Shown: positions 42,057 through 49,151 of the stretch, one piece after another
How positions within the stretch are numbered: position 1 is the first letter of the stretch
Layout of the letters: every line of letters starts with the position of its first letter
Source of the DNA: a virus
Reading direction: 5' to 3' (one strand)
DNA length: 64,000 bases
IMG/VR virus record: IMGVR_UViG_3300042257_000088
Coordinates: 16,038 to 80,037 of that record
Made by a program: the position numbers and the translations under genes
The notes under the pieces: generated by a model
Databases searched by the model: none
What the model was told of the DNA's origin: nothing
What the model saw: only the letters and a program-made list of their open reading frames with translations

Positions 42057-42560
42057 ATGGCTGATCTTGATAGTACAACAATTTATGGTAATTTAGATGT
42101 GACAAATGATATTAATGCTAGTGGAAATATTACAGGTGCTAAAGTTTTCAATGCTGTATTTAATGATTATGCAGAATGTTTTGAAACTAAAGTGCATTTT
42201 AATGATTGTAAAAATAGAATAGTTGAAATTAAAAATAATAAAGTCTATATATCTTCTCCAGAATCTGAAGCAGTTGTTGGTATTGTATCTGATTCATATG
42301 GTTTTGTTTTATATGGAATAGAAGAAGAAATTCAAAATGGAGAAAAAGTACCAATAGGAATGGCTGGTACTTTAATGGTAGATTCTGAAGATATTGTAGA
42401 TGAAAAAAATATAAATAGATTTATTTGTTCAGGCAATGAAGGAAAATCTCGTGTTATTCCAAAAGGAGAAGCCTACAAGTATGAAGGAAAAATTGTAGGA
42501 AAAATCATTGGAACAAATTATGAGAAAAATCAATATAAAATTATAATTTGTTTAGGATAA
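42057..42560 (+). CDS. Fibre-tip/peptidase G2 (intramolecular chaperone)-like protein
   Basis: AVFNDYAE.F, VVGIVSD.YG, VPIGMAG and IVGKII motifs. The N-terminus MADLDST.IYG.L matches that of 36095..38104. Confidence 0.6.
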   Translation: MADLDSTTIYGNLDVTNDINASGNITGAKVFNAVFNDYAECFETKVHFNDCKNRIVEIKNNKVYISSPESEAVVGIVSDSYGFVLYGIEEEIQNGEKVPIGMAGTLMVDSEDIVDEKNINRFICSGNEGKSRVIPKGEAYKYEGKIVGKIIGTNYEKNQYKIIICLG

Positions 42561-42611
42561 ATTGAGGAGGAATAAATATATTAGTAAGGAAGATACTAAT
42601 TTATCCTCTAA

Positions 42612-42648
42612 GCCGAGAAGACATCTTCCTTTAGGGCGGGTGATTCAC
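42612..42648 (+). mobile_element. Possible degenerate IS200/IS605-family right-end relic
   Basis: GCCGAGAAGAC...CCTTTAGGG...TTCAC: an imperfect palindrome centred on CTTTAG, ending in TCAC. Same layout as 55557..55597. Confidence 0.4.
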
Positions 42649-42735
42649 TTAATTAGATATGATCTTGGTGAAGGTCGTTTTTGGAATAATCTATTATTTC
42701 TTAGATTTTAATTTTGTGATAATAAATAAAAGGGT

Positions 42736-42975
42736 GTGTTATTCATGGACAGAAGGGAAATGAAAGAATATTGTGATAAATTAAAACAAGAAGAAGAAGA
42801 GTTTATGAATAAAACAAAATCAGATGAAGTAACTAAAAATAAAACAATTAAATTATTAAATACAATGCAACAACTTGTTAAATTACTGGATGATACAAGA
42901 ATACCACCATCATTGTTTAGAGATATTAATAATATTATAAAAATAATGTTAAAATATGAAAAAGATGAATGTTGA
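42736..42975 (+). CDS. Hypothetical protein
   Basis: 79 aa helical ORF; the start may be ATG 42745. Confidence 0.5.
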   Translation: MLFMDRREMKEYCDKLKQEEEEFMNKTKSDEVTKNKTIKLLNTMQQLVKLLDDTRIPPSLFRDINNIIKIMLKYEKDEC

Positions 42976-42999
42976 CAAATAATGTTTCTATGTTATAAT
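42972..42999 (+). promoter_or_regulatory. Sigma70/SigA-type promoter with extended -10
   Basis: TTGACA (42972-42977), 16 nt spacer, TATAAT (42994-42999) preceded by TGn. Confidence 0.75.
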
Positions 43000-43023
43000 T
43001 CTTATTGGGGTGGTGATTATTAA

Positions 43024-43305
43024 TTGAAATTATATAAAATTAAAAACAAAGAAAACAAATATTGCAATGGAAGAAAAAATGTAAAGTTTACTGATACTGG
43101 AAAATTATTTAGAAATTTTAAAGAAGTAGATAAATTTTTAAATAAATTAGATTCTATTCCAGATGATTGGGTTTTGATTGAATGTGAATTGGTTCCACAC
43201 CATATCAAAGGTTATCATATTAATTCGGGTGAAGAATACGATCATCGTAAACTTTTTGAATTTCATGAAAATAACATAGAACAAACAATGAAGGAAGATG
43301 ATTAA
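43024..43305 (+). CDS. Hypothetical protein
   Basis: 93 aa ORF behind a GGGGTGGTGA RBS directly downstream of the promoter. Confidence 0.6.
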   Translation: MKLYKIKNKENKYCNGRKNVKFTDTGKLFRNFKEVDKFLNKLDSIPDDWVLIECELVPHHIKGYHINSGEEYDHRKLFEFHENNIEQTMKEDD

Positions 43306-43307
43306 TT

Positions 43308-43655
43308 TTGTATGAATATAAAGTTAAAGTAACAAGAGTTGTTGATGGTGATACTTTTGATGGTGTTGTTGATCTTGGTTTTAAAATTACTACATCACAA
43401 AGATTTAGATTACATGGGATAGATACACCCGAAACATGGAGACCTAAAACTGAAGAAGAATATATTCATGGAATGAAAGCATATAATATAGTAAAAGAAT
43501 TAATTGAAGGAAAAACAATTACAATTAATTCTATTTATCTTGGTGTGTATAATAGATATGGTTGTATAGTAACATTACCAGATGGAAGAGATTTAACTAC
43601 AATATTAAAAGAATCTGGTATGGAAAAGAAAGAACAATATGGTAAAGAAATTTAA
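43308..43655 (+). CDS. Thermonuclease (staphylococcal nuclease-like)
   Basis: YEY.VKV.RVVDGDT, R.RL.GIDTPE and G.Y.RY motifs. Confidence 0.9.
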   Translation: MYEYKVKVTRVVDGDTFDGVVDLGFKITTSQRFRLHGIDTPETWRPKTEEEYIHGMKAYNIVKELIEGKTITINSIYLGVYNRYGCIVTLPDGRDLTTILKESGMEKKEQYGKEI

Positions 43656-43671
43656 AAAGGAGTTGCTTTAA

Positions 43672-43947
43672 ATGTTGAATATTACTTTTGGTGAAAATAG
43701 TATTGATTCGTCGGGAATAGAAATAAATAATTTAATAATTGCCACAAGAGATTCTAACCTAATGGTTTATTTGGATTTAAAAAATCCATCATTTATGTTA
43801 GGTAATGCTGGTGATTCTGCTTCTTTACTGATAGAAGATTCTGTGTCATCTTTAGTTATTGTAAATAGTAATGTATCTTTATCAAATATTTCAATTAGAG
43901 AAAAAGATGAAGACATTTTTCATAGTTATGAATTTATAGAAGTATAA
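43672..43947 (+). CDS. Small beta-rich protein, paralogue A
   Basis: Aligns with 47126..47425 (PS...G..GD...L.IED...N.NV.L..ISI...YEF..V). Confidence 0.65.
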   Translation: MLNITFGENSIDSSGIEINNLIIATRDSNLMVYLDLKNPSFMLGNAGDSASLLIEDSVSSLVIVNSNVSLSNISIREKDEDIFHSYEFIEV

Positions 43948-43972
43948 TTTTATAAAGGATGAATGATATATA

Positions 43973-45163
43973 ATGGAATCATATAAAGATTGTTATGATA
44001 TTATAACAGATCCAAAATTTAATAAGATAACAAATTTAGAATTTATAATTGGCACGAAGTGTCAAAATGCATGTAAATATTGTTATCGGGTCAAAGATCA
44101 ACATAAAGGTAATTTAATTGAAATGACAATCTCTAGAGCTAAAATGTATTTAGAAAATGCTATAGAGATGGGTTTTATTGAAGAACATATACCTAACATA
44201 GAATTTTTCGGCGGAGATCCTATAGTTGATTTAGATTATTTAAAAGAACTTATCATTTTAGTTAAAGATCACACTGACAATATATTAGTTCCTACAAATG
44301 GAAGATTATTAGAAAGAATTAAAGATAGCGATATAGATGAAATATATGATATTTCTGATGGTAAATTATCTTTTAGTTTTTCTATAGATTCACCTTATCA
44401 AGAAGAAAATAGACCATTATCTGAATTTGGTAAAATGCAAGGTATGAAACAAGAAAGAAATTGGGATAGATTAATTGAATTGGGTAAAAAATATAATTCT
44501 GGTTTCCATCCTATGTTATCATTTGATACTGTAGATAAATGGTTTGATACTTGGAATTTTTTCATATCAAAGGGTGTTGGTTGCTATCTATTAGAAGTTA
44601 GACACCCAGTTACAAAAGAACAGATGTTTGAAGCAGTGAGACAATTAGTTAAAATAATCAAAACTAGTGATAAGCTTGGTTTAAAAAACACTTTTAATAC
44701 CACAACGCCAAGTATTATAAATAGAGGAATGACTTGTAGCGCACAGACAACTTTGTCTATAAATTCTGATGGTTGTGTGTATACTTGCCATAGATTAATG
44801 AATGAAAGATTTAAAATAGCTGATTTGAATACTAAAGAAATTGATGTTTCTAAATTTGTGATGTGGAAAGGTCTCTATCATAGAAGAAATCAAATTGTTT
44901 GTATGGGATGTCCTATAAAAAAGATATGTCCAGGTCAATGTTTAGGAGCAGTTTATGAATATTGGGGATATGGTGGTATTACAATACCAATACCTTCTTT
45001 ATGTCAATATTTCCTTTTAAAATTTTATATTCTGTCCAGTTTATTCGACGTATGGGAAAAATCTATGAATGGTGTAAACACCACTAAATTAGAACAGTCA
45101 GTTTATGGTAATTTTGGAAAAGATATAATTGAAGATTTTAAGGAGACTTTAAAAAATGTTTAG
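43973..45163 (+). CDS. Radical SAM/SPASM-domain enzyme 1 (peptide maturase type)
   Basis: CQNACKYC (CX3CX2C), EFFGGDP, PTNG and SFSID; SPASM cysteines in CSAQ...DG.VYTCH...CMGCPIKKICPGQC...C. Confidence 0.92.
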   Translation: MESYKDCYDIITDPKFNKITNLEFIIGTKCQNACKYCYRVKDQHKGNLIEMTISRAKMYLENAIEMGFIEEHIPNIEFFGGDPIVDLDYLKELIILVKDHTDNILVPTNGRLLERIKDSDIDEIYDISDGKLSFSFSIDSPYQEENRPLSEFGKMQGMKQERNWDRLIELGKKYNSGFHPMLSFDTVDKWFDTWNFFISKGVGCYLLEVRHPVTKEQMFEAVRQLVKIIKTSDKLGLKNTFNTTTPSIINRGMTCSAQTTLSINSDGCVYTCHRLMNERFKIADLNTKEIDVSKFVMWKGLYHRRNQIVCMGCPIKKICPGQCLGAVYEYWGYGGITIPIPSLCQYFLLKFYILSSLFDVWEKSMNGVNTTKLEQSVYGNFGKDIIEDFKETLKNV

Positions 45164-46505
45164 TACATCATTAATGGGATTCGAAAAAGGTCCCGCATTT
45201 ATTAAATCTAAATCTACTAAAATTGATGATTATTGGACAATAACCAATATTCCAAACGATATTCCTAAAAAGACTGCTACAAATAATATAAAAAATTTTC
45301 TTAATGAAATTGTAGCATTAGAGATTCCAACTTCTCTAATGTGTAATGCTAACTGTACATATTGTTATATCAGAGAAAAATGGTTAAAAAATACTCATAT
45401 AAAACCAGAAGAAATATCTCAAGTAGTACAAAAAAGTTGGGATAATATATTACAATTTGGAGATAATGAAAATAATAAAATATTGACTTCATGGGGAGCA
45501 GAACCTTTTTGTAATTTAGATACTCTAGATTATTTAATGACTTTTTGTAAACATCATGGAGCAATGTTAAATCTTTCTACTAATGGAACAATATTAAACA
45601 AAAGAGTTAAAGAAATGCTATATAATATGTATAAACATTATATAGTTGCAACAGAAACTAATTTAGGTGTACCATCTTTTCAGATTTCATTAGATGGTCC
45701 TAAACATATTCAGGATAGATTTAGACCTTTATATTCTAGACATAGTAGTTATGATAAGGTCATGCAATTTATAGATTATATGAAAGAATTATCTATTGAA
45801 TTAAATATAAATGAAAGATTATATAGTTTATGTAGTACGGTCTATTTAGGTGATGATAGTTTAGAAGTATATAAAGATGCTATTGAATTTTATCTAGACG
45901 ATTCTAATTTAGATATATATTCTCCACATTTACCTATTAGAATTGAAAATAGTAAAGATTTTAATAAAGAAGATGCAAAGTTATTCTATGAAATGATTAA
46001 AATGAGCACTGAACTTATTATAGAAAAAAGTAAAAAAACAGGAAAAGCATATATGGATAATTATGCAACTAAATTATTCGGTTCAACATGTAGAATAACA
46101 GGTTGGCCACGATGTTCAGCAATGAATACACAACTTGGAATAGATATTGATGGTTCAATATATATGTGTCATGGTCCTATTACTACAACAAAAATAAAAC
46201 CTTTTCATGTTTTTGGTAATGTTTTAGACGGAATTATTGATTATAGAAGATTTATTTCTGTTATGGATAGAATGTATGCAGATACCGCTTTTAAATCAAT
46301 TTGCAAAACTTGTGATTTAGGTTTAAATTGTCCAGGAGCATTATGTCGGTCTTGTCCACCAGTTGCTGATTCTGTTAATATGGAACCTGTTAATTTTAAT
46401 ATTCATATGTGTAATATATATAAAAAATGTTATCCATTATGGAAAAAACAATATGAGCAATATCAAAAATCAATAGATGGGGGGATTCCTAGATGGAAAG
46501 AATAA
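45156..46505 (+). CDS. Radical SAM/SPASM-domain enzyme 2 (peptide maturase type)
   Basis: CNANCTYC, WGAEP, STNG and QISLDG..H..D.FR; SPASM cysteines in CSAM...DG.IYMCH...CKTC...C...C..CP...C. Overlaps the stop codon of enzyme 1. Confidence 0.92.
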   Translation: MFSTSLMGFEKGPAFIKSKSTKIDDYWTITNIPNDIPKKTATNNIKNFLNEIVALEIPTSLMCNANCTYCYIREKWLKNTHIKPEEISQVVQKSWDNILQFGDNENNKILTSWGAEPFCNLDTLDYLMTFCKHHGAMLNLSTNGTILNKRVKEMLYNMYKHYIVATETNLGVPSFQISLDGPKHIQDRFRPLYSRHSSYDKVMQFIDYMKELSIELNINERLYSLCSTVYLGDDSLEVYKDAIEFYLDDSNLDIYSPHLPIRIENSKDFNKEDAKLFYEMIKMSTELIIEKSKKTGKAYMDNYATKLFGSTCRITGWPRCSAMNTQLGIDIDGSIYMCHGPITTTKIKPFHVFGNVLDGIIDYRRFISVMDRMYADTAFKSICKTCDLGLNCPGALCRSCPPVADSVNMEPVNFNIHMCNIYKKCYPLWKKQYEQYQKSIDGGIPRWKE

Positions 46506-46651
46506 AAGAACGCGACAGATGGTTTGCAGTAAAATATAATACTATACCAAATGCTGTATCACCTATGCCACATGATATATTTGGTTTAAATGATGTTGAT
46601 GATTATTGGTATTTAAATACTACATATAAGGATGATATGAAAAATGGATAA
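46493..46651 (+). CDS. 52-aa ORF not in the supplied track (MERIKERDRWFAVKYNTIPNAVSPMPHDIFGLNDVDDYWYLNTTYKDDMKNG)
   Basis: GGGGG RBS at about 46479-46484. It fills the gap exactly, overlapping the rSAM2 stop and the next start. Confidence 0.6.
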   Translation: MERIKERDRWFAVKYNTIPNAVSPMPHDIFGLNDVDDYWYLNTTYKDDMKNG

Positions 46652-46865
46652 AAATGAATTACAGGCGTATGTAGTATCTAAACTTATAAATAAAGAATTC
46701 GATTCTGAACTTGATACATATTTGGTTGATTATATGCAAGCTGGAACAATATTAGGGAATTTGGCTAGAATAAATTTAAAATTCAGTAATTCATGTGATA
46801 ATTTAGGCGTTTCATCTTTTAATGATTTTAATGAATGGCAATTTGAGGTTGATGATGATGAATGA
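46644..46865 (+). CDS. Small acidic hypothetical protein in the rSAM locus
   Basis: 73 aa ORF overlapping both neighbours. Confidence 0.6.
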   Translation: MDKNELQAYVVSKLINKEFDSELDTYLVDYMQAGTILGNLARINLKFSNSCDNLGVSSFNDFNEWQFEVDDDE

Positions 46866-47106
46866 AAAAGATTTTATTAAATTATTAGATAAAGCTACAT
46901 ATTTTGCTGCATTTAATATGTTAAGCCCTGAATTAGAATTTGGGTTTGAAGAATGTATGAAAAATATAAAATTAGAATTAAAAAATAATGGTGATAATTA
47001 TTCAAATGAAATTCAAGAATGGGCATTAAAATTATTACTTAGAGAATCGATAGATAATTATATATCAAAATCAATAAGCAACGTATTAGCAAATATTAGC
47101 AATTAA
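46858..47106 (+). CDS. Small helical hypothetical protein in the rSAM locus
   Basis: GAGGT RBS before an ATG run at 46852-46860; overlaps the upstream stop. Confidence 0.6.
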   Translation: MNEKDFIKLLDKATYFAAFNMLSPELEFGFEECMKNIKLELKNNGDNYSNEIQEWALKLLLRESIDNYISKSISNVLANISN

Positions 47107-47125
47107 TTTAGGGGGGCTAAAAAAT

Positions 47126-47425
47126 ATGAGAGTTGTTTTTAATTCTTTTGACACTCATGTTGATATTAATAATATTATAGATGTAGAAGGATTTTCTATT
47201 AGAAAAATAAATTATACAGATGATCCAATAATAATAACAACAATGTTAGATCCTTCTGTTGTTATTGGTTCTGTTGGTGATACTGGTACATTGACTATAG
47301 AAGATGATGAAAATAATATTTCAATTTTTAATGGCAATGTAAAATTAGATAGAATTTCAATAAATAATGTTCAAGAAGCAGGATTATCATTTGTTAGGTA
47401 TACATATGAATTTGTTTCTGTTTAA
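47126..47425 (+). CDS. Small beta-rich protein, paralogue B
   Basis: Aligns with 43672..43947; GGGGGG RBS. Confidence 0.65.
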   Translation: MRVVFNSFDTHVDINNIIDVEGFSIRKINYTDDPIIITTMLDPSVVIGSVGDTGTLTIEDDENNISIFNGNVKLDRISINNVQEAGLSFVRYTYEFVSV

Positions 47426-47440
47426 TTGGGGGTTTTTATT

Positions 47441-47707
47441 TTGGCATGGACAGATGCAACATTAACAGATATACTCATAAAAGCAATACATTTCAATGAA
47501 ATACGAGAAGCTTGTGATAATCTAGATAATACTGAATGCTGGTCCCATAATAGTACATATAGAGGAACTCATTATGGTTCACATTATGGTTCATATCATT
47601 ATGGTGTGGATAACCCATATTATAATGGTAGAGATGCCACATTATATGTTACTTATTGTTCAGAACATTATGTATCTCATCTTTATAAACATGGAACAGT
47701 GGGATAG
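47441..47707 (+). CDS. Candidate rSAM substrate 1: leader-like N-terminus plus His/Tyr tetrapeptide-repeat core
   Basis: TTG start after GGGGG. (M)AWTD...IKAIHFNEIREACD is followed by CWSH NSTY RGTH YGSH YGSY HYGV DNPY YNGR DATL YVTY CSEH YVSH LYKH. Confidence 0.7.
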   Translation: MAWTDATLTDILIKAIHFNEIREACDNLDNTECWSHNSTYRGTHYGSHYGSYHYGVDNPYYNGRDATLYVTYCSEHYVSHLYKHGTVG

Positions 47708-47717
47708 GTGAATTTTT

Positions 47718-48668
47718 ATGTCATTTAGTTGGACTTATTTGAATGTTTCACAGAATTCTACAAAAATAAATAATGAAGCAATTAATGAATTATATTCTAA
47801 AGTTAGTACATTAAGGCAAAGATATGGTTTAAGTGTAGTGTCTCCTAATTATTCTGATGGTACTATAGTGTTAGAAACACATTTATCTAATTTGAGAAGT
47901 TATTATGATGATATGAATGGTCTTACTCCAAATTCAGTATGTACTGCACATTATATTACTCATAAAACTACCCATTATGGAACATATTTAAATAATCATA
48001 ATGCATCTTATTTATATAATAATCATGGAACACATAGAACAACACATTATGTAACTTATGATAGTGGCTATAATTATGGTTATAATTCATCAGTTCAGAT
48101 AACTTGCGTTATAGCAGGAACTAAAATTTTAATGGAAGATGGAAAAGAAAAAAATATAGAAGATATAGAAATTGGTGAGAAAGTTTTTGGTATCGATGGT
48201 AGTATCGGTGAAGTATATTTTACAGAATGTGTTCCATTAGGAACTAGAAGAGCACTTTATACTTTCCCAGATAAATCATTATCATTAACCGGTGAACATA
48301 ATATTTGGATTAGAAAAGATGGACAACAACAGTGGGGTGTTCATAATATTCATGATTGGTGGGCCGAAGTATATTCTTTAGATTTCCCTAACGCTGGAAA
48401 TATAGAATCTTATAAAGAAATAATTTCTGTTCCACATATAATATATGAACCAGTTGAGTATGCAAATATTTTTGATGGCTGGAAAAAACAATATTATGAA
48501 ATAGATCGTGAACATGGCCCAGAAACTCCAGTGTATTTTATTTATATTTCTAATTCACATACATTTATAGCAAATGGTTATGTTGTCGGTGGGGGAATAG
48601 ATGAAAGAGATTTTGATTATGAAAACGTGGAATGGGATGATTCTAAATGGCAACAATTTATGAAATAA
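47718..48668 (+). CDS. Candidate rSAM substrate 2: His/Tyr tetrapeptide-repeat core fused to a Hint (Hedgehog/intein) domain
   Basis: Core CTAH YITH KTTH YGTY LNNH NASY LYNN HGTH RTTH YVTY DSGY NYGY. Hint block A CVIAGTKILMEDG..K.IEDI.IG..V, block B LTGEH, block F PVY.I.I...HTFIANG. Confidence 0.8.
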   Translation: MSFSWTYLNVSQNSTKINNEAINELYSKVSTLRQRYGLSVVSPNYSDGTIVLETHLSNLRSYYDDMNGLTPNSVCTAHYITHKTTHYGTYLNNHNASYLYNNHGTHRTTHYVTYDSGYNYGYNSSVQITCVIAGTKILMEDGKEKNIEDIEIGEKVFGIDGSIGEVYFTECVPLGTRRALYTFPDKSLSLTGEHNIWIRKDGQQQWGVHNIHDWWAEVYSLDFPNAGNIESYKEIISVPHIIYEPVEYANIFDGWKKQYYEIDREHGPETPVYFIYISNSHTFIANGYVVGGGIDERDFDYENVEWDDSKWQQFMK

Positions 48669-49132
48669 TGACACCGGTTCTTAATGAAATAACAGAACAG
48701 CTAAGAATAAACATGTTGTCTATAAGACGTGGTGATGCCCACTACAGGCCCGATTTTCATGTTCATGTTGTAAGGGATAGTTTAGATCAAATGAATATAA
48801 AAATATATTCACATATAGATTATTTAGGCGCGTATCCTTATGTTTTATTAGACGAAATAAAAAATGTAAAATCTGAAACTGATGTTTCAACATTCGCCGG
48901 CAATATTATTAATGATATAGAAAATAAAAAAGTAGAATATTGGAATAAAATTAAAATACATTACGATTCTGTGACGGCATTAGTTAATAAGAAAAAAGAT
49001 TATAGACAGAATAATAAAACTGAGTTGGAATCTACTACAGAAACACCGTTAATGCAAGCGTCTAAATCTTTAATATTATGTTTAGATGACGAATATGAAA
49101 GATTTAAAGTTAAAAAGGGTATATTACAATAA
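48647..49132 (+). CDS. Hypothetical protein in the rSAM locus
   Basis: 161 aa ORF overlapping the end of the Hint-domain gene. Confidence 0.6.
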   Translation: MATIYEIMTPVLNEITEQLRINMLSIRRGDAHYRPDFHVHVVRDSLDQMNIKIYSHIDYLGAYPYVLLDEIKNVKSETDVSTFAGNIINDIENKKVEYWNKIKIHYDSVTALVNKKKDYRQNNKTELESTTETPLMQASKSLILCLDDEYERFKVKKGILQ

Positions 49133-49151
49133 AAGAAAGGAATTATTATGA

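Noticed and set aside
43973..46505. Anaerobic RNR activase, QueE or MoaA-type radical SAM enzymes
   Set aside because: Both are 400-450 aa with Cys-rich SPASM-type C-termini, and no nrdD, que or moa genes are nearby.
48105..48668. Classical splicing intein or homing element
   Set aside because: No terminal His-Asn followed by Cys/Ser/Thr, no endonuclease domain, and not inserted in a conserved host protein.
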